A stretch of DNA of 64,000 bases from the human T2T-CHM13v2.0 reference genome, Homo sapiens. The position numbers were made by a program, and so were the translations under genes. Below, in pieces: positions 1 through 15,300 of the stretch (the first letter of the stretch is position 1; every line of letters starts with the position of its first letter). The notes below the pieces were generated by a model, which was not told where the DNA came from, did not search any database, and saw nothing but the letters and a program-made list of their open reading frames with translations. The DNA is taken from NCBI RefSeq assembly GCF_009914755.1, contig NC_060934.1. One strand, 5' to 3'.

Positions 1-392
1 AGACTGGATTAAGAAAATGTGGCACATATACACCATGGAATACTATGCAGCCATAAAAAAGGATGAGTTCATGTCCTTTTAAGGACATGGATGAAATTGG
101 AAATCATCATTCTCAGTAAACTATCACAAGAACAAAAAACCAAACACTGCATATTCTCACTCATAGGTGGGAATTGAACAATGAGAACACATGGACACAG
201 GAAGGGGAACATCACACTCTGGGGACTGTTGTGGCATGGGGGGAGGGGGGGAGGGATGGCATTGGGAGATATACCTAATATGATATGACAAGTTAGTGGG
301 TGCAGTGCACCAGCATGGGACATGTATACATATGTAACTAACCTTGCACATTGTGCACATGTACCCTAAAACTTAAAGTATAATAAAAAAAA
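1..392 (+). mobile_element. LINE-1 3' end (end of ORF2, 3'UTR, short poly-A), L1PA3/L1PA2-like; continues beyond the left edge of the window
   Basis: Canonical L1 3' sequence: GACTGGATTAAGAAAATGTGGCAC, CATAGGTGGGAATTGA (ORF2 stop), a G-rich tract at ~221-254, and GTACCCTAAAACTTAAAGTATAATAAAAAAAA. Diagnostics are mixed: GAGAACAC, GGGGAACATC and CACATTGTG (PA3) with TTGGGAGAT and GTTAGTGGG (PA2). Confidence 0.95.
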
Positions 393-3300
393 TTAAATAG
401 AAGCTTTCTGAGAAACTGCTTTGTGATGTGTGCATTTATCTCACAGAGGTAAAACTTTGTTTGGATTTAGCAGTGTGGAAAAACTGTTTTTGTCCATTCT
501 GCTAATGGACATTTGGGAGTTCATTGAGGCCAATGGTGAAAAGGTGAATATCCCAGGATAAAACTAGAAGGAAGCTATCTGAGATATCACTTTGTGATTT
601 GTGCATTCATCTCGCAGAGTTAAACTTTACTTTTCATTCAGTAGTTTGGAAACACTGTTTTTATAGTATCTGTGAAGTGATATTTTGGAGTGCATTGAGG
701 CCTCTTTTTAAAATGGGAATTTCTTGAGATAAAATCCAGAAGGCTTTCTGAGAAACTGCTTTGTGATGTGTGCATTCATCTCACAGATTTAAACCTTTCT
801 TTAGATTCAAAAATATGGAAACACAATTTTGTCCATTCTGCGAATGGACATTTCAGAGCTCATTGAGGCCAATGATGAAAAAGTGACTACCCCACGATAA
901 AAAATAGAAGGAAGGTATCTGAGAAAATGCTTTGTGATGTGGGTATTTATCTCACAGAGTTAAAACTTTCTTTTCATTCAGCTGTTTGGAAACTCTGGTT
1001 TTGTAGAATCTGCAAAGTGATATTTGGGAGTGCTTTGAGGCCTACGGTGAAAAAGGAAACATTTTCAGGTAAAAATTAGAAAGAAGCTTCCTGAGAAACT
1101 GCTTTGTGCTGTGTGCATTCATCTCACAGAGTTAAAGATTGCTTTTGGTTCAGGAGTTTGGAAACACCTGTTTTTGTTCATTCTGCTAATACATATTTGG
1201 GAGCTCTTTGAAGCCAATTGTGAAAATGTGAATATCCCAGGATAAAAATTAGAAGGAAGCCGTCTGAGAAACCACTTTGTTAAGTGTGCATTCACCTCAC
1301 AGAGTTAAGCCTTTCTTTTCATTCAGCAGTTTGGAAACACTGTTTTTGTAGAATCTGTGAAAGAATATTTGGGAGTGTATTGAGGCTTATGGTGAATAAG
1401 GAAACATCTTCAGATAAAAAATAGAAAGAAGGTTTCTGAGAATATGCTTTGTGATGTGTGCATTCATCTCACAGTGTTGAATCTTTCTTTTACTCTGCAG
1501 TTTGAGAATAGTCTTCTTGTCCATTCTAGGATACAGATTTGGGAGCTCATGAGGGCCATTGTGAAAAATCAAATAACAAAGAATAAAAACCAGAAGGAAG
1601 CTATTGGAGAAACTGCTTTGTGATGTGTGCATTCATTTCGCATAGTTAATTCTTTCTTTTAATTCAGCAGTTTGGAAACACTGTTTTTGTAGAATCTGTG
1701 AAGGGATATTTAGGAGCACATTGAGTCCTATGATCAACCTATCTGGGAAGCTGCTTTGTGATGTGTGGATACATCCAGCAAATATAAACATTACATTTCA
1801 CTGAACTGTTTGGAAACACTGTTTTTGGGGAATCTGCAAAGGGATATTTGGGAGTGCATTGAGGCCTATGGTAAGAAAGGAAATATCTTCAGATAAAAAC
1901 TGGAAAGAAGGCTTCTGAGAAACTGCTTTGTGATGTGTGCATTCATCTCACTGAGTTAAACATTTGCTTGGATTTAGCCTTTGGAAAGCTTGTTTTTTTC
2001 TACTCTAGGAATGGACGTCTGTGAGCTCATTGAATCCAATGGTGAGAAAGCAAATATCCAAGGATAAAACTAGAAGGAAGCTGTCTGAGAAACTGCTTTG
2101 TAACGTGTGCATTCAACTAGCAGAAATGATAATTGATTTTCATTCAGCAGTTTGGAAACACTCTTTTGTACAATCTGCCAAGGGATATTTTGTTGTGCTG
2201 TGAGGTCTATGGTGAAAAAGAAAACATCTTCAGATAAAAACTAGAAAGAAGCTTTCTGAGAAACTGCTTTGTGACGTTTGCATTCATCTAACAGAGGTAA
2301 GCCTTTCTTTCGACTCAGCAGTTTGAAAACTCTGTTTCTGTCCAAATTGCGAATGCACATTTGGGAGTTCATTGAGGCCAATGGCAAAAAACCAAATATC
2401 GCAGGATACAAACTAGAAGGAAGCAATATGATAAAAGTCTCTGTGATGTGTGCATTCATCTCACAGAGTTAAACCTTTGTTTTCATTCAGCAGTTTGGGA
2501 ACTGTTTTTGTAAAATCTGCAAATGGATATTTTGAAGTGCATTGAAGGCTACGGTGAAAAAGGAAATATCTTCAATAAAAACTATGAACTAGCATTCTGG
2601 GAGACTGCTTTGTGATATGTACATTCATCTCACAGAGTTTAAACTTCTCATTGGAATCTGCAATTTGGAAATACAGTTTTTGTAAATTCTGTGATTGAAC
2701 ACTTGAGAGCTCGTTGAGGCCAATGGTGAAAGAGCGAATATCCCAGGATAAAAACTACAAGGAAGCTATCTGAGAAACCGCTACATGATGTGTGCATTTA
2801 TCACACACAGTTAAATCTTTCTTTTCCTTCAGCAGTTTGGAAACACAGTTTTAGAAGTATCTGCGAACGGGGATGCCTAAGTTGAGAAAGGAAACATCTT
2901 CAGATAAAAACTAGAAAGAAGTTTTCTTAAATCTGCTTTGTGATGTGTTCATTCATCTCACAGAGTTAAACATTTTTTGCATTCGGCAGTTTAGAAACCC
3001 TGTTTGTGTCCATTGTGTGAAGGGACATTTGGGAGCTCATTGATGGTGTTGCAGAAAAGTGAATATCCAAGGATAAAAATTAGAAGGAATCTCTCTGAGA
3101 AACTACATTGTGATGTGTGCATTCATCACGCCGAGTTAAACTTTTCTTTGGATTCAGCCATTTGGAAAAACCGTTTTTGTCCATTCTGTGAATGGATATT
3201 TGGGAGCTCATTGAGAACAATGGTGAAAAAGTGAATATCCCAGCATAAAAACTAGAAGGAAGCTATCTGAGAAAAAGCTTTGTGATGTGTGCATTCATCA

Positions 3301-6300
3301 CGCAGAGTTAAAACTTTCTTTTCATTCAGCAGATTAGAAACACTCTTTCTGTAGAATCTGCAAAGGGATATTTGAGAGTGCATTGAGGACTATGGTGAAA
3401 AAGGAAATATCTTCAGATAAAAACTAGAAAGAAACTCCCTTAGAAACAGCTTTGTGATATATGCATTCATCTCACAAACTTAAAGCATTCTTTGCATTCT
3501 GCCATTTGGAAACACAGTTTTTGTCCATTCTGCACATGGACATTTGGGAGAACTTTGGGGCCAATGGTGAAAAAGGTAATATGGCAAGATGAAAACTAGA
3601 AGGAAGATATCTGAGAAACCATTCTGTGATGTGTACATTCATTTCTCAGTGTTAAACTTTGCTTTTTAATCAGCTGTTTGGAAACACTGTGTTTGTCCGT
3701 TCTGAGAATGGACATTTGGGATCTCATTGAGAACAGTGGCGAAAAAGCAAATATCCCAGGATAAAAACTAGAAGGAAGCTATCCGAGGGACCTCTTTATG
3801 ACGTGTGCATTCATCTCACAGACTTAAGCCTTTCTTTTCATTCAACAGTTTTGAACACTGGTTTTGTAGAGTCTAAGAAGTGATATTTTGGAGCACATTG
3901 ATGCCTATGTTGAAAAAAGAAAAATCTTCAGATAAAAACAAGAAAGAATATTTCTGAGAAACTGCTTTGTGATGTGTGTATTCATCTCCAAGAATTAACC
4001 CTTTCTAAGGGTTCTACAGTTTGGAAACACCCTTTTTGTCCATTCTGTGATTGGATATTTGGAGGTCGTGGAGGCCAATGGTGAAAAAGTGATTATCCCA
4101 GGATAAAAACTAGAAGGAAACACTCTGAGAAACTGCTATGTGATGAGTGCATTCATCTCGCAGATATAAAACATTCTTTTCATTCAGCAGATTGGAAACA
4201 CCGTTTTGGTAGAATCTGCAAAGGGATGTTCCAGAGAACATTGAGGCGTATGCTGAAAAAAGAAACATCATCCGATAAAAACTAGAAAGAAGCTTTCTGA
4301 GAAACCACTATGTGATGCATGCATTCATCTCTCAGAGTTAAACTTTTATTTGGATTCACCACTATGGAAACAATGTTTTTTTCCATTCTGCAAGTGGACA
4401 TTTTGAACACATTGAGGCCAATGGTGAAATAGCAAATATCCCAAAATAAAAAATAGAAGGAGGCTATCTGGAAAATCACTTTGTGATGTCTGAATTCATC
4501 TCACAGAGTTAAACCTTTCTTTTCAGTAAGCAGTTTGGAAACACTGTTTTTGTAGAATCTGCAAAGGGATACTTCAGAGAGCATTGAGGCCTATGGTGAA
4601 AAAGGAAACATCTTCAGAAAAAAACTAGAAAGAAGCCTTCTGAGAAACCGCCTTGTGATGTGTGCATTCAACTCACAGAGTTAAACTTTTCTTTGGATTC
4701 AATAGTTTGGAAAGAGTGTTTTTGTCCATCCTGCAAATGGACATTTCAGTGCTCATTGAAGCCAATGGCAAAAAAGTGAGTATCCCAGTGAAAAACCTAG
4801 AACAAAGACATCTCAGGAACCACTTTGTGATGTGTGCATTCATCTCGCAGAGTTAAACCCTTCTTTTCATTCAGCAATTTGGAAACACTGTTTTTGTAGA
4901 AACTGTGAAAGGGTATTTAGGAGCCCATTGAGAACTATGGTGAAAAAGGAAACATCTTCACACAAAAACTAGAAAGAAGCTTTCTGGCAAACTGCTTTGT
5001 GATATGTGCATTCATCTCACAGTAAACCCTGTCTTTGGATTCTGCGGGTTGGAAACACTTTTTTTGTCCATTTTGCAAGTGGACATTTGGAAGCTCAGTG
5101 AGGCCAAGTTTGAAAAAACGAATATCCAAGGATAAAAAGTGGAAGGAAGCCATCTGAGAAACTGCTTTGTGATTTGTGCATTATTCTGGCAGAGTTAAAC
5201 CTTTCTCTTCATTTGGAAGTTTGGAAAACTTGTTTTTGTAGAATCTACAAAGGGATAATTCGGAGCACTTTGAGGCATATGGTGACAAAGGAAACATTTT
5301 CAGATAAAAACTATAAAGAAGCTTCCTGAGTAACTGCTTTTTGATGTGTGCATTCATTTCACAGATTTAAACCTTTCTGTGGATTCAGCAGTTTGGAAAC
5401 ACTTTTTTATGTCCATTCTGCAAATGGACTTCTGGGAGTTCATTCACTCCAATGGTGAAAGAGTGAATACCCCAGGATAAAAGCTAAAAGGAAGCTATCT
5501 GAGAAACCACTTTGTGATGTGTGGATTCAACTTGCAGACTTGAAAATTTCTTTTCATTAAGCAGTTTAGAATCACTGTTTTTGTAGAATCTGAGAAGGCA
5601 TACTTGCAAGTGCAATGTGGCCTATGGTGAAGAAATATTTTCAGATAAAAACAAGAAAGAAGCTTTCTGAGAAACTGCTCTGTGATGTGTGCAAACATCT
5701 CACAGTTAAACATTTCTTTGGATTCTGCAGTTTGGAAACACTGTTTTTATGTATTCTGCAAATGGGAATTTGGGAACTCATTGAGACCAATGGCAAAAAA
5801 GGGAATATCCCAGGAAAAAAACTACAAGGAAGCTATCTGGAAATCACTTTGTGATGTGTGTATTCACTTCGAAAACTTAAACTTTTCTATTCATTCAGCA
5901 GTTTGGAAACACTGTTTTTGTAGAATCTGTGAAGGGATATTTAGGAGTGCATTGAGGCCTATGGTGAAAAAAGAAACATCTTCAGATAAAAAATAGAAAG
6001 AAGCTTTCTGAGAAATTGCTTTGTGATGTGTGCATTCATCTCACAGAGTTAAACTTTTCTTTGGATTCAGTAGATTGTAAACACTGTTTTTGTCCATTCT
6101 GTGAATGGAAATTTGGGAGCTCATAGAGGCCATGGCAAAAAAGTGAACATCCCAGGATTAAAACTACATGGAATATATCTGAGAAACCAGTTTAGTTTGA
6201 GTGCATTCACCTTGCAGAGTTAAAACGTTCTTTTCATTCAACAGTTTGGAAACAGTGTTTTTGTAGGATCTGCAAATGGATATTTGGGACTACATTGGGG

Positions 6301-9300
6301 CTTTGCTGAAAAGGGAAACATCTTCCGATAAGAACTAGAAAGAAGCTCTCTGAGAAACTGCTTTGAGATATGTGCATTGTTCTCACAAAATGAAACTTTT
6401 CAATGGACTCAGCAGTTGGGAAACACTGTTTTTGTCCATTCTGGGGATGGTCATTTGGGAGCTCATTGCAGCCAATGGGGAAAAGTGAATATCCCTGGAT
6501 AAAACCTAGAATGAATCTATATGAGAAACTGCTATGGGATGTGTGCATTCACCTCACAGAATTAAAACTTCCTTTTCCCTCAGCAGTTTGGAAACACTTT
6601 TTTTGTAGTATCTGCAAAGGGATATTTCGGAGAGCAGTGAGACCTATGTAAAAAAAGAAACATTTTCAGATAAAAACTAGAAAGAAGCATTCTGAGAAAA
6701 TGCTTGGTGATGTGTGCTTTCATCTCACAGAGATGAACCTTTCTTTGGATTCAGTAGTTGGTAAAGAGTGTTTTTGTCAATTCTGCGAATGGATGTTTGT
6801 GAGTTCATTGAGGTGAATGGCAAAAAAGCACATATTCCAGGATAAAAATTAGAAGGAAGCTATCTAAGAACATTGCTTTATGATGTGTGCATTCATCTCG
6901 CAGAGATAAAGCTTTTTTGGATTCAGTAGTTTGGAAACACTGTTTTTGTCCATTCTGTGAATGGACATTTTGGAGCTCATTGAGGCCAACGTCAAAAAAT
7001 CGAATATACTAAGATAAAAACTAGAAAAAAGCAATCTGACAAACAACTTTGTGATGTGTGCATTCTTCTGACAGAATTAAAACTTCACATTCATTCAGCA
7101 GTTTGAAAGCACTGTTTTGTAGAAAATGCAATTGGATATTCCAGAGTGCATTGAGGCCTTCAGTATAAAAGGAAACATCTTCAGATAAAAACTAGAAAGA
7201 AGCTTTCTGAGAAACTGCTTTGTGATGTGTGCATTCATCTCACAGATTTAAACGTTTCTTTGGATTCAGTGGTTTGGAAAGAGTGTTTTTGTCCATTCTG
7301 TGAATGGACATTTGGGAGTTAATCGTGGTAAATGGCAAAAAAGTGAATATCCTAGGATAAAAGCTAGATAGAAGCTGCCTGAGAATATGTTATTTGATGT
7401 GTGCATTCATCTCACATACTTAAACCTTTCTTTTCTTTCACCAGTTTTTAAACACTGTTTTTGTAGAATTTGTAAAGGGATATGTGGAGAGAACTGAAGC
7501 CTATGGTGAAAAAGGAAACATCTTCAGATAAAAACTAGAAAGGAGCTTTCTGAGAAATTGCTTTGTGACGTGTGCATTCATCTCATGGAGTTAAACCTTT
7601 CTTTTCATTCAGCAGATAGTGAACAGTGTTTTGGTAGAATCTGCAAAGGGATATTTTGGAGAGCAATGAGGCCTATGGTGAAATAGGACCCATCCTCAGA
7701 TGAAAACCAGAAAGAAGCTTTCTGAGAAACTACTTTGTGATGTGTGCATTCATCTCAGAGAGTTAAACCTTTCTGTCAATTCAGCAGTTTGGACAAACTG
7801 TTTTTGTCCATTCTGCAAATGGATATTTTGGAGCTCATTGAGACCAAAGGCAAAAAAGTGAATATCCCAGGATGAAAACTTGAAGGAAGATTTCTGAGAA
7901 ACCACCTTGTGATGCGTGCACTCATCTCAGAGAATTAGACCTTTCGTTGGATTCAGTAGTTTGGATAGAGTGTTTCTGTCCATTCTGAGAATGGACATTT
8001 GGGAGTTCATTGAGGCCAATGGGGAACAAGAGATTATCCCAGGATAAAATCTAAATGGAAGCTATCTGAGAAACTGCTATGTGATGTTTGCATTCATCCA
8101 CAGAGATAAACTTTTCCTTTCATTCAGCAGTTTGGAAACACTGTTTTGTAAAACCTGCGAAGGGTTATTTTGGAGAGTATTGAGGCCTATGGTGAAAAGG
8201 GAAAAATCTTCAGATAAAAATTAGAACAAATATTTCTGAGAAACTGCTTTGTGATGTGTGCACTCATCTCACATATTTAAACCTTCCTTTAGATTCTGCA
8301 TTTTGGAAACACTGTTTTTGTCCATTCTGTGAAGGAATATTTTGGATAGCATTGAAGCCTAGGGTGAAAAAGGAAACATCTTCAGATAAAAACTACAAAG
8401 AATCTTTCTGACAAACGGCTTTGTGAAGTGTGCATTCATATCACAGAATTAAACCTTTCATTGGATTCAGTAGTTTGGAGAGAGTGCTTTTGTCCATTCT
8501 GCACATGGACATTTGGGAGCTTATTGAGGCCGATGATGAAAATGCAAATATCACAGGATAAAAACTAGATGCAAGCTATTTGAGAAACTGCTATGTGATG
8601 TTTGCATTCATCTAGCAGAGTTAAACCTTTCTTTTCATTCAGCAGTTTGGAAACTCTTTTTTTGTAGAATCTGCAAAGCATTATTTCAGAGAGCATTGCG
8701 ACTTATGGTGAAAAAGGAAATATCTTAAGATAAAAACTGGAAAGAAACTTACTGAGAAACTGCTTTGTGATGCGTGCATTCATCTCAGAGAGTTAAAACA
8801 TTCTGTGGATTCGGCAGTTTGGACACACTGTTTTTGTAGATTCTGCAATGGGATCTTTCGGAGAGCAATGAGGCCTATGGTGGAAAAGGAAACACCTTCA
8901 GATAAAAACTACAGAGAAGCTTTCTGAGTAACTGCTTTCTGATGTGTGCATTCATCTCATAGACTTAAATTTCTCTTTGGATTCAGTAGTTTGGAAACAC
9001 AGTTTTTGTCCATTCAGCGAGTGAACATTTGGGAACTCATTGAGGCCAAAGGGGAAAAAGAGAATATCTCAGGATAAAAATTATAAGGAAGCTATCTGAG
9101 AAACTGCTTTGTGATCTATGCATTCATCTTACAGAGTTAAACCTTCCCTGTCACTCTGCAATTTGGAAACACTGTTTTTGTAGAATTTGAAAAGGGATAT
9201 GTTAGAGAGCTTTGAGGCATGTGGGGAAAAAGGAAACATCTTCAGATAAAAACTAAAAAGAAGCTTTCTGAGAAACTGCTTTGTGATGTGTGCATTCTAT

Positions 9301-12300
9301 CTCACAGAGTTAAAACTTTCTTTGGATTCACCAGTTTGGAAACACTGTTTTGTCCACTCAGTGAATGGACATTTGGGAAATCATTGAGCCCAAAGGTGAA
9401 AAAGAGAATATCCCAGGATAAAAATTAGAAGGAAGCTATCTGAGAGAACACTTTTTGATGTGTGCATTCACCTCACTGAGTTAAACCTTTGTTTTCTTTC
9501 AGCAGTTTGGAAAATTTTTTTGTAGAATCTGCAAGGGATATGTCAGAGAGCATTGAGGCCTATGGTGGAAAGGGAAACATCTTCAGATAAAAACTAGAAA
9601 GAACTTTTCTGAGAAACTACATTGTGATGTGTGCATTCATCTCACAGAGATCAACCATTCTTCAGGTTCAGCAGTTTGGGAGCACTGCTCTTGTCCATTC
9701 TGCAAATGGACATTTGGGAGCTCATTGAGGTCAATGTCAAAAAAGGGAATATCCCTAGATGAAATGTAGATGGAAGTTATCTAAGAAACTGCTCTGTGAG
9801 GTGTGCATTCATCTCACAGAGTTAAACATTTCTTTTCATTCATCATTTTGGAAACACTGTTTATTTTCAAATCTTTAAAAGGATATTTTGGAGAGCATTG
9901 TGGCCTACGGTGGAAAAGGAAACATCTTCATATAAAAACCAGAAAGACATTTTCTGAGAAACTGCTTTGTGATCTGTGCATTCATCTCACAGAGTATAAC
10001 CTTTCTTTGATTAAGCAGTTTGGAAACAATGTTTTTTATCCATTCTGTGAATGGACATTTGGGAGCACATTGAGGCCTGAATATCCTTGGATAAAATCTG
10101 GAAGGAAGCTATCTGAGAAACAGATTTGCAATGTGTACGTTCATCTCACAGAGTTAAACGTTTCTTTTCATTCAGCAGTTTGGAATTACTGTTTTTGTAG
10201 AATCTGCAAAGGAATATTTTGGAGAGCATTGAGGCCTATGGTGAAATAGGAAACATCTTCAGATTAAAATGAGAAAAAAGCTTTCTGAGAAAATGGTTTT
10301 TATTTGTGCATTCATCTCACAGAGTTAAAACGTTCTTTTGATTCAGCAGTTTGGAAACACGGTTTTCTTCCATTCTGCGAATGGACATTTGGGAGCTCAT
10401 TGAGGACAATGGTGAAAAAGCGAATATGCCAGCATAAAAACTAGAAGAAAGCTTTCTGAGGAACTGCTTTGTGATGTGTGCATTCATCTCATGGAGTTAA
10501 AGCTTTCTTTTCATATAGCAGTTTGGAAACAGTGTTTTTGTGGAATCTGCAAAGGGATATTTCAGAGAGCATTGAGGCTGATGGTTAACAAGCAAACATC
10601 TTCCAATAAAAATACAAAGAAGCTTTCTGAGAAGCTGCTTTGTGATATGTGCATTCACCTCAAAGAGTTAAAGATATCTTTGGATTCAGCAGTTTGGTAA
10701 CCCTATTTTTGTCCATTCTGTGAATGGACACTGGGGAGCTCATTGAGGCCAATGGTGAAAAAGGAAATAACACAGGATGAAAACTAGGAGGAAGCTATCT
10801 GAGAAACTGCTTTGTGATGTTGCATTCATCACACATATTTAAAACTTTCTTTTCATTCAGCAGTTTGGAAACACTCGTTTTGTAGAATCTGCAAAGGGAT
10901 GTTGCAGAGAGCATTGAGGCTTATTGTGAAAAATGAAACATTTTCAGATAAAAACTAGATAAAATCTTTCTGAGAAACTGCTTTGTGATGTGTGCATTCA
11001 TCTCACACTTTTAAACCTTTCTTCTGATTCAGCAGTTTGGAAATACTGTTTTTTTCCATTTTGCGAATAAACATTTGAGAGCTCCTTGAGGTTAATGGCA
11101 AAAAAGCGAATATCCCAAGATAAATTCTAGAAGAAAGGTATCTGAGTAACAGCTTTGTGATGTACATGTTCATCTCACAGAGTTAAACCTTTGTTTTAAT
11201 TCACCTGTTTGGAAACCTTGTTTTTGTAGAATGTGTGAAGGGATATTTCAGGGAGCATTGAGGCTTAAGGTGAAAAAGAAAACACCTTCAGAGATGTGTG
11301 CATTCATCTCACAGATTTAAAACTTTCTTATGATTCAGAAGTTTGGAAATACTGGTTTTGTAGAATCTACAAACGGATATTTCAGAGAGCATTGAGGCCT
11401 GTGGTGAAAAATTAAAATTCTACAGATAAAAACTAGAAAGAAGCTTTCTGAGAAACTGCTTTGTGACATGTTCATTCGTCTCACAGTCTTAAAACTTTAT
11501 TTGGATTCAGCAGTTTGGAAACACTACTTTTTTGCATTCCATGAATGGACATTTTGGAGGTATTGAGGCCAATGGTGAAAAAGCAAATATCCCAGCATAA
11601 AAATTAGATGGAAGCTATCCGAGAAATTGTTATGTGTTGTCTGCATTCATCTAGGAGTTCTAAACCTTTTTTTCATTTGACAGTTTGGAAACATTGTTTT
11701 TGTAGGATCTACAAAGGCATATTTTGGAGAGCATTGAGGCCTATGGTGAAAAAGGAAACATTTTCAGATAAAAAGTAGAAAGAAGCTTTCTGAGAAACTA
11801 CTTTGTGTTGTGTGCATTCATCACACAGAGTTAAACCTTTCTTTGGATTCAGTAGTTTGGAAAGAGTGTTTTTGTCCATTCTGTGAGTGGACGTTTGGGA
11901 GCTCATTGAGGCCAATAGTGAAAAAGAGAATATCCCAGGATCAAAACTAGATGGAAGCTACCTGAGAAACTGTTATGTGATGTGGGCATTCATCTCACAG
12001 GGTTCAACATTTCTTTAATTCATCATTTTTGAAACACTGTTTTTGTCCATTCTGTGAATGGACTTTTGGTAGTTCCTTGAGGCCAATGATGAAAAAGCAA
12101 ATATCACAGGATAAAAACTAGGAAAAACTTTTATGAGAAACTGTGATGTGATGTGTGCATTCATCCTGCATAGGTGAATGTTTCTTCTCATTCAGCAATT
12201 TTGAAATATTGTTTTAGTAGAAACTGTAAAGGGATATTTTGGAGAGCATTGAGATCAACTTTCACAAAGGAAATATCTTCAAATAAAAACTAGAAGAAAG

Positions 12301-15300
12301 CTTTCAGGGAACCTTCTTTGTGATGTGTGCATTCATCTTACAGAGTCAAAGCTTTCTTTGGATTCAGCAGTTTGAAAACACTGTTTTTGCCCATTCTGCG
12401 AATAGACATTTGGGAACTCATTGAGGCCAATGGTGAAAAAGTGAATATCAAAGGAAAACAACTGGAAGGAAGCTATGTGAGAAACTGCATTGTTATGTGG
12501 TTATTCATCTCACAGAATTAAAACTTTCTGTTCATTCAGCAGTTTGGAAACACTGATTTTGTAGAATCTGCAAAGGGATATTTTGGATAACATTGAGGTC
12601 TGTGGTGAATTAGGAAACATCTTCAGAAAAAACAAGAAAGAAGCTTTCTGAGAAACTGCTTTGTGATGTGTGTATTCATCTCACTGAGTTAAACCTTTCT
12701 TTAGATTCAGTAGTTTGGAAACAGTGTTTTTGTCCATTCTGCGAGTGGACATTTTGGAGCTCATTGAGGCCAATGGCAAAAAAGCAAATATCCCAGAATG
12801 AAAACTAGATGGAAGCTATCTGAAAAACTGCTACGTGATTTGTGCATTCATCTCCCAGAGTTAACATTTTCTTTTCATTCAGGAGTTTGGAAACACTATT
12901 TTTGTATAAACTTCAAAGGGATATTTTGGAGAGCTTTTAGGCCTATGCTGAAAAAGGAAACATCTTCAGATAAAAACGAGAAAGAAGCTTTCTGAGAAAC
13001 TGCTTTGTGATGTCTGCATTCATCTCACAGAATTAAATGTTTCTCTGGATTCAGCAGTAGGAATCAGTGCTTTTGTCTTGTCTGCAAATGGACATTTGGG
13101 AGCTCATTGAGGCCAATGGTGAAAAAGTGGTTATCAAAGGATAAAAACTAGAAGAAAACTACCTGGGAAACCTCTTAGTTATATGTGCATTCATCTTACA
13201 GAATTAAACCTTTCTTTTCATTCAGCAGTTTGGAAACACTGTTTTTGTAGAATCTGCAAAGGGATATTTCAGATAGCATTGAGGTTTATGGTGAAATAGG
13301 AAATGTCTTCAGATAAAAAAATAGAAAGAAGCGTTCTGATAAACTGTTTTGTGATATTTGCATTCATCTCACCAAGTTAAAACTGTCCTTGGATTCAGTA
13401 GTTGGGAAAGAGTGTTTTGTCCATTATGGGAATGGACATTTGGGAGCTCACAGAAGCCAGTGGTGAATAAGTGAATATCCCTGAATAAAAACTAGATGGA
13501 AGCAATCTGAGAAACTGTTACATGATGTGTGCATTCATCTTGCAGAGTTAAAACTCTTTTCATTCATCATTTTGGAAACACTGTTTTTGTACCATCTTCC
13601 AAGGGTTATTTCAGAGAGCATTGAAGCTTATGGTGAAAAAGGAAACAACTTCAGATAAAACAGAGAAAGAAGCTTTCTGAGAAACTGCTTTGTGATGTCT
13701 GCATTCATCTCATAGAATTAAACTTTTCTTTGGATTCAGCTGTTTGAAAACACTGTTTTTGTCAATTCTGTGAATTGACCATTGGCAGCTCGTGTAGGCT
13801 AATGGGAAAAAAGAAAATATCCCAGGAAGAAAACTAGAAGAAACCTATTTGAAAAACTGCCTTATGATGTGTGCATTCACCTCACTAAGTTAAACCTGTC
13901 TATTCATTCAGCAGTTTGGAAACAATGTTTTTGTAGAATCTGAAATTGGATATTTTGGAGAGCATCACAGCCTATGGTAAAATATGAAACATCTTCAGAT
14001 AAAAACTAGAAAGAAGCTTTCTGTGAAACTGATTTGTGAAGTCTGCATTCATCTCAGAGAGTTAAAGCCTGCTTTGGATTCACCATTTGGAAACACAGTT
14101 TTTGTTCATGGTACGAATGAACATTTGGGAGCTCACTGAGGCCAATGGCAAAAAAATCAAATATTCCAGGATAAAAACTAGAAGAAAGCTATCTGAAAAG
14201 CCACTTAGTAAGGTATGCATTCATCTCATAGACTTAAACCTTTCTTTTCATTCAACAGTTTGGAAATACTGTTTTTGTAGAATCTGCAAAGCAATATTTT
14301 CAGAGAGCATTGGGGCCTATAGTGAAAAAGGAAACATATTGAGATGAAAATTAGAAAGAAGCTTTCTGAGAAACTGCTTTGTGATGTGTGCATTCGTTTC
14401 ACAGAGTTAAACTTATCTTTGGATTCAGCAGTTTGGAAACACTGTTTTTGTCCATTCTGCAAATAGACATTTGGGAGCTCTTTGAGTCCAATGAAGAAAA
14501 AGCAAATTGCCCAGGATAAATACTAGACAGAAGCTATGTGAGAAACTGCTATGTGATGTGTGCATTCACCTCGAAGAGTTAAAACTTTCTTTGCACTCAG
14601 CAGTTTGGAAACACAGTTTTTGTCCATTCTGTGAATGGACAGTTAGGAGCTCACTGAGACCAATGGTGAAAAGTGAATATCCCATGTTAAAAAGTACACG
14701 GAAGCTATCTGAGAAACTGCCCTGTGTTGAGTGCATTCATCTCATAAATTTAAACTTTTCTTTCCATTCAGCAGTTTGGAAACACTGTTTTTGCCCATTC
14801 TGAGAAAGGACATTTGAAGGCTCTTTGAGACCAATGGCAAAAAAGCGAGTACACCAGGATAACAAAAAGACAGAAGCTATCAGAGAAACTGCTAATTGAT
14901 GTGTGCATTCATCTCATAGATTTAAACCTTACATTTCATTCAGCAGTTTGGAAACTCTGTTTTCACTACAATTTGTAAAGTGATGTTTCAGAGAGCATTG
15001 AGGCCTATAGTGAAAAAGGAATCATCTTCAGATAAAAACTAGAAAGAAGTTTCCTGAAAAACTACTTTGCAATGTCTGCATTCCTTTCACAGAGTTACAT
15101 TTCTTTGGATTCAGCAATTTCAAACACTGTTTTTGTCAAATCTGCAAAGGAATGTTTTGGAGAGCATTGAGGCCTGTGTTGGAAAGAGAAACATCTTCAC
15201 ATAAAAACTAGAAAGAAGCTTCCTGAGGAACTGCTTTGTGATGTGTGCATGCATCTCACAGACTTAAAATTTTCTTTTGATTTAATAGTTTGGGAACACC

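Noticed and set aside
7942-7958. TTCGTTGGA resembling the start of a CENP-B box
   Set aside because: No CGGG, and it is in the wrong monomer register.
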